Shown here in pieces: positions 1 through 12,387 of a DNA stretch of 64,000 nucleotides (within the stretch, counting starts at the first letter, position 1; the number at the start of each line of letters is the position of its first letter). Both the position numbers and the translations under genes were made by a program. Origin of the DNA: the human T2T-CHM13v2.0 reference genome, Homo sapiens; the NCBI RefSeq assembly GCF_009914755.1, contig NC_060928.1; one strand, given 5' to 3'. Below the pieces are notes generated by a model, which was given only the letters and a program-made list of their open reading frames with translations, did not search any database and had not been told where the DNA came from.

Positions 1-486
<486 letters not shown>

Positions 487-1037
487 TAATTAACAACTTG
501 TGATTGTAAGATACTTGCTTACATAACACATACACACACAGACATCTGGAAATCAAGGATTATAGATTTTTTATTTATTTCCAACCCTTGAAAGAATTCC
601 CTGGTATAAAGTGGAAACCTTAATTTGTTGATCAAATAACTAAATATTAAAAATTAAAGACTAAAGCTTTTAAAATGCATTTGAAAGATAGTTTGATGTT
701 TACTTTCAATTTGTTCTGATGTGAACTTGGCTTAGTATCATACAGTAGGATTTAATCCTGAGTAGGACTAATTTCATGGGTGATGAATTACCTGAAAAGC
801 ATTTAAGTGGACAGTAGCTCATATGATTTTATCTTTAATTAAAATTGCATATTTTCTTGATTGTGAAAATTTGTGGTTAATTGCAATTAGCAGCATCTTC
901 AGAATACACAATGAGAAACACAAAGTGATTCCAATGCTACATGTAGGTAATTTTGAGGTAAATTCACAGGTCTTTATGGCTCTTATGCAGCCTACCATAG
1001 GCTCCAAACTTCAGTCTTTTACTTTTGTTTTAGCTCT

Positions 1038-1438
1038 TGCTTTAGTCTGAATGTTGGTGTCCCACCAAAAGTTCACATATTGGAATTTAGCCTCTAAAAT
1101 GATGGTATTAAGAAGTGGAACCTTTGGAAAGTGATTAGGTCATGATAATTCTCATTCATCAAAATCACTCATCAAAGTGATTCTCATGAATGGGATAAAT
1201 GCCCTTTTAAAATCACTTGAAAAAGTCTGATTATCCTTTCTGCCCTGCCCCTTTAGCCCTGTGAGGTCATTGTGGGAAAGCACTGTCTATGAGGAGTGAT
1301 CCCTCACCAAATACCAAATCTGCCAGTGGCTTTATTTTGGACTTGCCAACCTCTAGAACTGTGAGAAATAAATGCCCAGTGTTTATAAAATGTCCTGTGT
1401 AAGGTAATTTGTTATAGCAGCAAGAATGGACTAAAACA
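1038..1438 (+). mobile_element. MaLR solo LTR (MLT1A-like)
   Basis: TG...CA ends; motifs gtctgaatgttggtgtccc, gtgattaggtcatga, ttggacttgccaacctctagaactgtgagaaataaa, gttatagcagcaagaatggactaaaaca. Confidence 0.8.
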
Positions 1439-1549
1439 TCCTTCTTCCATAGTGACCAATATAATTGGCAGAAAGTATCCCCATTGACTGGATCATTTTG
1501 TAGAATAGCCACAGATGATTGCCCTGGTTAAAAATTTGAGTAAAAATGA

Positions 1550-1957
1550 GTCTATGATCCTTTATTAGCTCTATAGCCCATTTGCTTTACTCTGTCAGCT
1601 ATATTTTTCAGGATTCTTTGTCATTAGTCTTCTGGTTGAGTTCAGCCAATGAAAGTCACTGGCAGGAGAAAACGGGAAGCCAGTGTATTTTTGACACTCA
1701 TGATCTCTTAGTGGCAATAGTTGTTACCTGAAATCCAAATTTAACTAGGAGTCCTGCTTGTAATTTAGCCCAGGATCTCACCTGCAGACTAGCTTGCTTC
1801 TCTGTCTGTCTTCTCTGTATCTTCAGGTAGCAATACCTCCTCTCTTTACCCCATTAGCCTAGTGGTGGCAACAGCTTCTAGTGTTGCCACCTCTAGGGCA
1901 CCTCATTATAGCTTTCATTATTTCTGTATTCCTGATAGGTGGACCACGATCAATACA
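1550..1957 (+). mobile_element. Old ERVL LTR (LTR33-like)
   Basis: cttctggttgagttcagccaatgaaagtcactggcaggag, cctagtggtggcaacagctt...tgttgcc and terminal ggaccacgatcaataca resemble LTR33. Confidence 0.55.
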
Positions 1958-1989
1958 GGGATAATTAATATACAAAACTCACGAAAAAA

Positions 1990-2630
1990 GGTGGGGGCTA
2001 TGGAGAACCAAATGATAGTATTTGACTACATCAAAATTAAGAATTTCTATTCAAGGAGTAATAAGTTCTGATGTACTATTGCACAATAGGGTAACAATAG
2101 TCAGCAATAATGTATTGTATACTTCAAAATAATAAGAAGAGAAAATTTTGAATGTTCTCATCACAAAGAAATGACAATTGTTTGAGGTAATAGATATGGT
2201 AATTACACTGATTTGATCATTCCACAACATATATGTATATTGAAACATCAAACTGTACCACATAAATATGTATTAATATATTATGTCATTAAAAACAAAA
2301 TAAAATTTATAAATTTTCAAAAGAAAAATTCTATTCAGTGAATTACTCAAAATACGTAATGAAAGGAGAGTTGCCACAGTAGAAGGACATATTTGCAGGA
2401 TATATAACTAGCACATTTCAGTATCTTGAATGTGAAAAGAAATCTTGCAAGGCATACAAAACTGGAAATCCAATTATAAAATGGGCAATTATATCAATAA
2501 GCAGTTCTCAAAATAAGAAGACAGAATGTCGAGTAGGAAAATGAATAGATGCTCAGATAAAAATTTATCTTAATTACATAAATTAAAACAATAATAAGAT
2601 TCTACTTTCTACCTATTAGTCTCAAAAAAA
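1990..2630 (+). mobile_element. Old L1M (L1ME-like) ORF2 3' fragment, interrupted by a younger L1 3' end
   Basis: tgactacatcaaaattaagaatttctattca, aaaatgggcaa...aataagcagttctcaaaa, attaaaacaataataagattctactttctacctattag. Confidence 0.6.
2054..2320 (+). mobile_element. L1MA-type 3' end (5'-truncated) nested in L1ME
   Basis: ataagttctgatgtactattgcacaatagggtaacaatagt...ttttgaatgttctcatcacaaagaaatg...tgatttgatcattccacaa, A-rich tail; ttctattca flanks both sides (candidate degraded TSD). Confidence 0.8.
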
Positions 2631-3587
2631 GGTCCATATACTATTGTTACTGGGGTGTATCATGACTTTAAGGAAAATTATCAAAATGTCTAGGGCCCTT
2701 GATTTCCTGCAGGAGAGGATCCTTACTTCAGGATCATGCATAGGTGTCATCATAACTGAATTTTAGAAAGAAATGTATCTTTAGGGAAAAAAAAGGCATC
2801 TGCATCATAAATATGAAGTGAACCAGACAAGCTTCTGCTGGCAGCTCATGTCATTGTTGCCATTGAAAATCCAGCTGATGTGACTCATATCTTCTAGGAA
2901 CACCAGCTATTCTGTGTTACTGAAATGGATTGCATTTACCATCCACACCTATTGCTGCATATACTTCATTCTCAGACTTTACTAAGCAGATCTAGGCAGC
3001 TTTCTTGGAGCCCCACGTTTTGCTGGGTGCTGATTACAGCATTGACCTCCCATGAAGGCATGTGATGTTCCTGATCACCATGGCCCTGGGTAACAGAGAT
3101 CCTCCTCTGTGTTATGTGGACACTGCCATCCATCCAGCAATAAGGAGGTATGCTCACTGGGTCTGATGTGATAGATGCTGGCCCAGGAAGTCTTGTGCAT
3201 GTGTGGCAGCATTCCTCTTGAGCACCCATGGAAGTCGTGCCTGTCCTCTATTTCTCTACATGTACTAAAGAGATTCTTTTTAAAGCAAGTTGTTATTGAA
3301 AAAAAGTATGACCAAGGAGATATGTCAGTGTGAATGGACTTTCCCAACTCCTGAATTTACTGCTACTCCATTTGATATTACAGACTGGCCTGAAGTCTTG
3401 CAAGTTTCCCTCTTAGACTATTCATTCTTACCTATTGGAGACTAGGGTGTTCAGCCCATGACTGAAGACAGGTCAGCAACAACGTCTGCTCAGGCTATTG
3501 AATATTCTTCCTCTTCTCCCACATGTTCTTAAACAGCATATGGAGAAATATCTGAGAGGAAACAAGCATTAATTTCAGTTTTTAAAA
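2631..3587 (+). pseudogene. RPSA pseudogene: Old processed pseudogene of RPSA (40S ribosomal protein SA/uS2, 37-kDa laminin receptor precursor)
   Basis: Collinear with RPSA mRNA and intronless: 5'UTR ggtccata...ttgtt...aaggaaaatt, ATG at 2686 (atgtctagggcccttgat, ~MSGALD), aagcttctgctggcagctcatgtcattgttgccattgaaaatccagctgatgtg (KLLLAA.xIVAIENPADV), tatgtggacactgccatc (YVDxAI), atgctggcccaggaagtc (MLAxEV), gagcacccatggaagtc (EHPW), gaatggact..cctgaatttactgctact (EWT..PEFTAT), gaagac repeats, 3'UTR cttaaacagcatatgga...cagttttt; many frameshifts and stops. Confidence 0.93.
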
Positions 3588-4150
3588 TTGTGGTACTTTG
3601 AATGCTAACAAGAAAGCAAGAAACAGGAATATTCACACAGAGGTTATCAGCAATTAAGGAATGGAAAAAGGCACTAACAAGAGATAATTAGCTTATGCAC
3701 TAGGCCTATTAATCATTCTCGTAGCTCTAGCTCTCATACATGGGTAAGAAGACCTTTACAAGGTGATTTATTTTAACATTATATGTATGAAGAAACAGCT
3801 GGAGATAAACTCTGCTACATAGTGGCCAGGTGGTCAGGTAAGGAACTAAATCTGATAAAACTAGATCTGAAACAGAATGTTAAATAACAAAAATAGAAAG
3901 ATAAAAATGTGAGATTTATTGTGCAGATTATTGGGGTAAATTTAGAACTAAACTGATTTTTACACTGGTTTGAATATTTAAATACATGTACAGAAAAGTT
4001 CATTGGAAAGATATACATTAACACAAGCATGTGTGCTATTGATAGGAAGGTAATGGGAGGTTAAGGGTAAAAGCAATAACAAAATATAGAAGCAAAAATG
4101 GACAAAACAATGGCAGAAGTTTATGAATTTAAAAGAATGAACAAGTTAAT
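3588..4150 (+). mobile_element. Continuation of old L1ME (end of ORF2/3'UTR) after the RPSA pseudogene
   Basis: gaaacaggaatattcacaca, aaggaactaaatctg...agatctgaaacagaatgttaaat resemble the L1ME 3' region; highly diverged. Confidence 0.4.
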
Positions 4151-5007
4151 CTGTACCTCTGAGGTCATGTTTTCTAAATTGAAACAATTATCAGGCTTAT
4201 TTGATTAACCTAAAAATACTTGCTATGTAATTACACAGCCACCTTGGTACTTGCTAATGTAAATAACAATTGGTTGTGTTCACAAACCTGCTTATGGTAG
4301 ACTGTGAGGGTCTAATTTGTATATATTTGAATATGCACATTAGTTTAAAATATGATACAAAATAGTTACCATAAAATTTTCTCTGATGATTCGTTTATAA
4401 AATTTAAATTGATTTTCAAAAGTTATTCTAGAATCATCTAATATGTATCATTGATATCAGAAATGTTTGGGTTTTAAAATGGAGTGCATTTTCCAAAAGA
4501 GATGATACTGTTACTTTGGCATATTTTAAGGAACAAATAACTATGAGCATTTTTCAGGTGAATTTGTTGTATTCGACTTGAGTGATTGAAAGTCAGGATT
4601 AAAGTAACCAGTGACTCTAAGGCAAACTTTAGTGCACGATTCTTCAGAATGCTTAACACTCCTAAAAATATTATTGACTCAAGAACTGATGTGTTGAATC
4701 ACTTTGTCCTAATCAACTGTGAAAATTAAATGTTAACTTCCCTTAATATTTTATATATTTCTTCTATGTGCAAGAGACGAAAAAGTGGTTAAACATTGGC
4801 ACAAGAATAGAAGAGAACAATATTCTAGATCATCTAGACCACATTTTTTTTTGTTTCTGGATACAATCAAACAGGGCTTGGTTCAACAATCAATGAAAAA
4901 TTTTTATTACTTGTCATCTCTATATTCTCTGATAAACTGAGGTCACACACAGACACATTGAAGTTATTAATGATATAGTGAAAGGCACCCAAGAACTTTA
5001 TCTTAAT

Positions 5008-5066
5008 CACTCATTCATTCATTCATTCATTTTTATTCAATAGAGATTGAACATGCTCCCTGTGGG
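5008..5066 (-). mobile_element. L2 3'-terminal remnant with (TTCA)n
   Basis: cactcattcattcattcattcat...attcaatagagattgaacatgctccctgtg is the reverse complement of the L2 tail. Confidence 0.45.
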
Positions 5067-5578
5067 AAGTAAAAATTGAATTTCAGAGTTGCTAATAAAG
5101 GATTAATTTATATCTATATCAAATCCTAAATATTTTCCACATAAACAGGCAATTATATAAAGCACTCATGCTCGGTTAAAGTCTGATGAGGATTTGAAGG
5201 TAAACATACGACAGCTAAGGGGTAACTGACAATGTGATAAATCAAAATAAATCTCAGCAAGATGAACTATACAGACAGAAGAAAAGTAATTATTAGAATT
5301 ACCCCCTTATATGATAATTTCATAGATATTTAGCTTTAAAAAGTATATTTTATGAAAAGAAGTGTGTGAAATGACAAAATATAAATACAACAAAGAAACA
5401 TGTTTCAGTGCTATCTAATGTATTCTCTTGTGTGATTCCACACTTTATTTTTAAAAAGCCTAGCTTATATCTGAAATCTTGGATTTATCTCAGGGACAGG
5501 TGGATGTGTGTCATGAATCAGAAAGCCTCTGCTATGCACCCAACCAAATATTGGACACAGGGTTTTAATGGATCCATT

Positions 5579-5593
5579 TCTCTCTCTCTCTCT

Positions 5594-5632
<39 letters not shown>

Positions 5633-5650
5633 ACACACACACACATACAC
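5579..5650. repeat. Compound (TC)n(CA)n microsatellite
   Basis: Seen directly. Confidence 0.97.
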
Positions 5651-6145
5651 CTCAGCTGGAAACTGTACAGAGTTCTGTCTTTACAGAGTTCTCTTTCTGT
5701 CCTCTTCTGTTTGCTCTTCCAACATATGAAGGGTTGTTTGGTGATTATAACTAATGGGCAGAACACTGGTTCAGACAGCTTTGGACGATAGTGAACGCAG
5801 CAGGGTATAAAGCTGTTCTAAAGAACAAAGGTCTGACTTCTGCAGTTAGAGGTACATGGCCTTTGTGTAGAATGCTGGGCAGATGACCTTTGAAGAACAC
5901 ATTATTACTCTCTTTGAATGTTCATGATTTCTCTATGAAATGTTGTTTGAATAAAAATGCTCTTCCCAGTTGGCCACAGGCCACACCACCTCCGTTGTGT
6001 CTGAACTCTGAGGGCATTTGAGATTGGGATCACAGCAGTAAGAATTTGGTTTTCTATGCAATATGTACTTTAATACATCTATCCAAATAGCAAGTAGATA
6101 AAGTATCAGGTGTGTTGAATATTATTATAAAAAGTCAGTTAAAAT

Positions 6146-6706
6146 TGTGTCAGGGTTTAACTAAAGAGCAGAAATGGTAGATCATATAAATATACACAGA
6201 CACACAGACACGCACAAACATAGGCACACATATGGCTTACTACAAGTAATCTGCTTACACAATCATGAGGGCTGACTCAACTATCCCAAAGTTCACAGAG
6301 CAGTCAGAAAGGGAGGATCAATGTGGAAGGAAGTTTGATTACAGCCCCAGGTGTTGCTAAAAATCTCTGATGTCTGATGTCTTGTCCAGTCTCTCTTTAA
6401 GGGACGCCAATGGGATTAGGTCAGGCCCACTTGAGATAACCTCTATTTTAATTAACCCAGAATTAACTTCTTTGGAACTCTAATTACATCTGCAAAGTCC
6501 CTCCACAGCAGCAAGTACACTAATGTGTGATTGAATAACTGGAACAAAGTGGGTGTATGCTACCAAACAGCTGCTGTCTCCTTTCCAGATCTAACTTACG
6601 GAAGAGAATAGCTCTTGTTAGCCTACCCTATCTGAAAACACGTTAGAAAAATAATTGTGACGAATGTGCTAGTCTAGCCAGGTTGATATATTATAACACC
6701 AACACA
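6146..6706 (-). mobile_element. ERVL solo LTR (MLT2D-like) with 5-bp TSD AAAAT
   Basis: TG...CA ends; gattaggtcaggcccac, taattacatctgcaaagtccctccacagcagca, ctagccaggttgata; aaaat at 6141-6145 and 6707-6711. Confidence 0.8.
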
Positions 6707-6879
6707 AAAATAAACTTGTTTAAATTTATATATATGAGTTCTTTTAGTACATATTTAACTTTAGTCAAACACCATCCATCTATACTCTTACTTAGTTTTA
6801 GAGATAAAATTATACAAATACTGTGATGCTTCACATAATGAACAGATGCAATTCTTGATGTGACGTAACATAATGGAAT

Positions 6880-7230
6880 AATTCATTTCATTGTGTGTTA
6901 TCAAGAATGTACTAAATTCAAGGTAGTTTACTGGAACAGTAAATACAGAAATTTTATACCATTACCATTTTGCTTAAAGAGCTCAAAGTCTATAGAGAGG
7001 TTTTGTTTTTCTTAATACAAAATTTCATTTAAGTGCTATAATAGACATAAACAACAGTATTGAAAGATAGAGAAAAGGTAAAAAGGCACCTAAACAAGTA
7101 TGAAGGTGTTAGAAATGTTTTAAATTATGATTGATGCTTCAGCTTAGCTCTGCATGCATTTAGCCACTGTGAAACTGTAGAATAGGGGGAAATTGCTTTC
7201 AGGCAGAAGGAAAATGATATGTGAGGAAAA
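6880..7230 (-). mobile_element. L2 fragment
   Basis: aaagagctcaaagtcta, taagtgctataataga, ttcaggcagaaggaaaa are typical antisense L2 3' motifs. Confidence 0.55.
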
Positions 7231-7458
7231 TCGTGAAAACTTTTTTCAGAGTGCCTCAAACAGCATTTCTGAGTTCTCTGAGTCATTCTAGTGAATCATT
7301 AAAAGTTGAGGATTGTTGACACATAGAGTAAATGAAGGATATTTTGGTTTGGTTTGGTTTCTGGTTTTTGTCTCTATAGAAAAGACAGGAAAAGAAGATC
7401 TGGGACCTCTAACACCCATCTACATTAGTTTTTCTTCTTCTGTTATTTCCTCTTATTA

Positions 7459-7794
<336 letters not shown>

Positions 7795-8334
7795 CTAAAA
7801 CCAATTATGAGATTTAAACCAAGAGTCCCTACCAAATATTCCATATTTTGGATTCTCATTAAATTTTATAGGTTGTGAATACAAATCAAATGGTTACCTA
7901 AAAGTAATGCCATTTAACATGATATAAATTCAACCACTATTAGAGCAAAAGAATGTTTTAATGAATAACAATCTGTGCATTTTAGTGAAAAATTAAAAAA
8001 CACTAAATTACAAATGGATTGAGATTGTATTTTCAAAAATTGTCATCCATATACAAATTTACACATATAACTAATACTATCTAAAATGTGAAAGCCATAT
8101 CAGTCATAAATTGACATGGATGTATAGATGTCCATTGAACTTGTCTTCTAAAGAAACGTCGCAAAAAATTAAGTCATCATATCACAGAGTATTTTCTCCC
8201 TGTCCCTACTTGTTTATGATGGATTATTCTCATTTAACGTTTAAATTAAGTAATTGTATATAAGTAGTCTTTAAATCAAATGTTACTAAAAATCATATGG
8301 ACAATTACCACTCCCTTGTCTCTTTATTATTTGT

Positions 8335-8468
8335 ATTTTCTCTTTATTCTCACTACTTGATTTTTCGTTACTATTTATCTTGATTTTCTCTACTTGATTT
8401 TTTTCACTACTTGATTTTTTGTTTTCCCTCTTTATTTTCACTACTTTATTTTTTGTTGCTATTTATTT
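8335..8468. repeat. Degenerate T-rich short tandem repeat with core ctacttKatttttt
   Basis: Four copies of (ca)ctactt(g/t)atttttt with shared flanking words ctctttatt and gttRctattta. Confidence 0.7.
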
Positions 8469-9802
8469 AATGATTCTTAGATACCCACTCTAATTTAACA
8501 GTGAAGCATTTACAGTGGATGAAAAACTGTACTTACAGTTTGGACTTGTTTACCGATAGGTCTCAATCTGTGGTGATTTGTCAGTGATATTGCTATTGCA
8601 CTGGAATATAACCAATGGTCTAAAGGCCATATATATTTTACTCTTGGGCTATTTCGTTTCTTCAGGGAGAAAATCTCTCAGTGTTCTGTGATCTAAGTGA
8701 ACAAAGAGGACGGGAATTTGCTGATTTCAGTACTGCACCACTCTGACCATCTCCTCATACCTTTCCCCTTTATAGCTGGGATACCTAATTCAGTGGGAAG
8801 ATGATGTATCCACAGAGCTGCAAAAAACAACAGCAGCACCTATGCTAACCCTTGTACCCATACAGGCAGATGCCATGGTATTTGACAGGTTAAGAATTAG
8901 AGTACTCTTGCTCTCCTGCTTTGTATTAGAGTGTTCATAGCTGATCCCAATGTTGCTACATGGGCCATGTCATCACCCATCCCAACGCTTCCTTAGAGAT
9001 ATGCTGTGTAAAAAGTTTTGGCTACTGATATGTTCATTTTTAGGTACATATAAACTTAAAAATGGGCCTAGGGCCAAATAAAAGAAAAATTGTGTGAAGT
9101 TGGAAATGTACAATTGTATAATGATAATCCTCTCCTATCCCTTCATACCACATCCTGATCCCAGAAACTTTTCCAATAGAACCTGAGCATATTTACTCTC
9201 ATATTTAATTTTTGTGCTAATTTATTTGACTAAGCCAACCTTTAATTGTCAAAAAGTCCAAAATTTTAAAGATAGTGATAAGTATATTATATCCATGTAA
9301 TATTACTTTTCTTGACCATTTCTGTACAGCAAAGTGCGTACCATAATCAGAAGAAATATATTCAGGCAGCCTGGGTAGCAAAATTGATTTTTCTGTTTCA
9401 TACCTTTAATTGTGTCCTCTGAATTTTATATTTTAACTAATAAGCAATGCCTAAAATAGAACAGAATAACATCTGTTAGCATCCAGTTGTAGACCTGGAG
9501 GCTGCTGATGAAAATCTAAAGTAATTCACTCACCTATTCCGTAGGTCCTTGCCCTTGGGGAATTCAACTCAAGGGGATTTTCAATGAATTTCATTCTGGT
9601 TAATATTTGGGTGACTTGTATTCTTTTTCTTTTAAAAATTATATTAGCTATTTCATTGTGTGCAATTAAAATGTTTTGCCTTCTAGCCCGACAGTGCTTG
9701 GCAGCAGCACCAACATGCCTCCTCTTTTCATGAAACTAGGTAGTCAGCACTACAATTCTAAGGACTTTGCCTTAAAATTCCAGTGAGCTAACATATGAGT
9801 TG

Positions 9803-9805
<3 letters not shown>

Positions 9806-9845
<40 letters not shown>
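9806..9845. repeat. (TG)20 microsatellite
   Basis: Seen directly. Confidence 0.98.
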
Positions 9846-9846
<1 letters not shown>

Positions 9847-10151
9847 ATGTTTCACATAACCCATTCTAATTTTCCCTCAAAATTCCCACAGAAATTCATA
9901 ACTGATTGTTTCATACAGGAGAGTTTTTATTGTGCAATTATCTAGGGTTCATTTGCCTAACTATACAGCAAAGCCATTGACTAAAGCCCAAGTATTTGAT
10001 TATCTGTTCACATCACTGATAGGGGAAATGTAAATACTCTTCTACTGATAAAAGGTTTAACTTTACTCACTGTTCAGGCTTTTCTTTTCTTCCATAAAGA
10101 TTGTGTCATCTGCAGAGAATATTGATGCCAATTTTTCTATTAATAGTAATG

Positions 10152-10183
10152 TGCACATGTACCCTAAAACTTTAATAAAAAAA
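10152..10183 (+). mobile_element. Ultra-short L1PA 3' terminus with 10-bp TSD aatagtaatg
   Basis: tgcacatgtaccctaaaactt+taataaaaaaa matches the extreme 3' end of young L1PA; aatagtaatg at 10142-10151 and 10184-10193. Confidence 0.85.
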
Positions 10184-10574
10184 AATAGTAATGGCCTTCT
10201 ATCCACAAACTATTAGTAAACCAAAGAGGCTGCATTTTCTCTAATAGCAGAGTTTTGAGCTTGGACAAGGCAGCAATGGGAGTGGAGAGTTAATCAGAGA
10301 GATTTATCATGGATGCCATGGGGAGTGAAGCAAACTGCTTAAGTATGTGGTGGACTTTTCCCTGAAATCCCTCCCTCTACCCTTCTCCATTCCATGCTGT
10401 TGATTACTCTACTGTCACTTTATGAATGAGGTATCCTATGCCACCCTTATCTATTGAATGTCTTTCTGATATCACCCAAAGTTTGTTCAGCATAGCTGGG
10501 TTTATCTGAGGCCCATCAGTGTTAGTAGTAATCTGTGTCAAAGCTGAGTCACATTTTAAGGTAGAAACAATTAA

Positions 10575-10712
10575 TATATTCATTTTTCAAATAAGAAAGT
10601 AGAGAAATTAAGTGACCTGTACAAAATCATCCAGCTGCAATAGCAGACCTTGAGGCCAAAGCCAGGCCTCTTTGTCTTTGACACTGAGTTTATTAATCTG
10701 TATCACATACCA
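10575..10712 (-). mobile_element. MIR
   Basis: cattttt-caaataagaaa...agagaaattaagtgacctgtacaaaatcatccagct matches the antisense MIR core. Confidence 0.65.
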
Positions 10713-10944
10713 CTAAATTTCTCCAAGTGTTCTTTTTTGGCTCTAATAAATATATACACGTGGCTTCTTAAAATAGTATTTACCTAGTTAATTGGTTTTT
10801 AAAGTTTCTTTATTTATTAATTCATCTACTCATTGAAGTCGTAAATGTCAATTTCCACTGTGATAATACTAAACTACCATAATTTAGAATTATTGGACCT
10901 CCAAAATAATAAGGATTTATTAGCATATGTTGCATAGTGGTGCC

Positions 10945-11418
10945 TAATTAACCTAAATTAACTATGTAAAAGAAATACTGACTAGAATAAACATTAGAGA
11001 CATCTGTGGCTCTAAGTAAACATTAGAGACATCTGTGGCTTACCACAATAGAAGTTTGCTTCTCAATCACATAAATTAAAAAGTAGATGTTCCTGATCTG
11101 TGGCAGGAAAGAGGAAGGGCAGCGGCCTCAGTTGAAGACAAGCATTCAGGAACCAAAGCTGACCGTTTCCGGCATCAGCAACGTGTGACTTTTAAGGTTG
11201 TCCATTGCCCTCCAGGCTGCAGGATCAAGAAGAAAGAAGGTGGAGAAATCATATTCACATATTAATCACTTTGGCAGGGAATATAGGCAGTTTTTTATGT
11301 TCTCCTTTTATTCCTAGAAAATGTTGATCATGGTTTGGCTGCCAGTTTGGGGCAACAACTCTATGCCGTGGAAAAGGACCATGATTTTTTTATTGCACAG
11401 ATAGCTGTCCCTGCTGCA
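10945..11418 (-). mobile_element. Old MaLR LTR (MLT1K/J-like)
   Basis: gtggcttaccacaatagaagtttgcttctc...cacat, cattcaggaaccaaagctgac, ggcaacaactctat...tggaa, gcacagatagctgtccctgctgca. Confidence 0.65.
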
Positions 11419-12387
11419 GATAGAATTCTAGTATTTTGGAAAACTTCTTATGAAAACTTTGACAGTTCTTAAGCCGATGAGTAATTTATCAAATAAAGTG
11501 TTTAAAGATGTTTATAACTGATGTGTGCTTGTTTAGTTAGCTATAAGTCATAAACAAAGAGAAAAAAAAATGTGGCAGGGCCAGGAATTTAGCAAAACGG
11601 AAGCAGTATAAATTATTGTGTCCAAGCCTGATAGCACAGGGTTAGGCTAGCTTATGTAGTCATAAAAGTCCAACAGGGGTATTCATAAATTCCTTGTCAT
11701 GGAACAAATGCAGGAGTGGTACTCAAGAGAAGAGGTTTTACAGTCCCGCGATGTCCTTGTTATTCTCCGCATTGATCTCCAGTAGCTGCCTGACTGGAAG
11801 TACGTATTACAAAAGGCTGATGAAACTGTGAAAGCCTCAGAGAAGTAAGGCACTCAGTACTTCCTATGGCATAATGAAGATATATGCAGTTACATGAAAA
11901 TTAAGATGGTCCCAGATCAATAATGTAAACCAAATAATAAAAAAGACAAACTTCTGTTTCTCTAAGAAAGAAACTTACAGTGAAACTGTAGATCACAACT
12001 AATTTGTGAGGTTGTAATGTACAAAGTATGCTTAAGATTTCAAGGTTCTTGTATTGCTTATCTGAATGAAATTAAACACATATATCATTCTAACAAATAT
12101 CTCCCAGCAGATTATGAACTTTGAAAATGGGGAAAGGAATTAAAGGCAATGTATTTTATATGTGTGTTCCTTCTTCTCAGGTTCAGTTATTTCCCCACAA
12201 AAAATTTATGTTTTCTATTCAACAGACATTGACCAGTCTTTTAATAGATGCTGCTTGCTAAGATAGTGCAAAAACTTACTCTCAAAAACAATAAACGCAA
12301 CAGCTCTCATTTATCTAATCATCTAAGTGACAAATCTAGTAGCCCATTTCAAAATAGTAGAAAGGGGTGTAGAGATATGACTTGATT

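Noticed and set aside
1858-1897. 16-bp hairpin cctag-t-ggtggcaaca/tgttgccacc-t-ctagg
   Set aside because: Lies in an LTR33-like element whose consensus, as I recall it, already has this quasi-palindrome; stem too short for a pre-miRNA
2972-3347. Minus-strand ORFs of 85 and 90 aa
   Set aside because: Antisense frames of the RPSA pseudogene with no protein similarity of their own
5408-5791. 127-aa ORF with an HTHTHT run
   Set aside because: Frame is held open by the (TC)n(CA)n microsatellite
8762-8895. Possible exon (pyrimidine tract plus AG at ~8775, weak GT donors near 8878-8890)
   Set aside because: Splice-like signals alone are common; no coding similarity or partner exons visible
11595-11615. 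ETS-like cggaag next to tataaa as a possible promoter
   Set aside because: Two short motifs without CpG enrichment or a downstream gene are expected by chance
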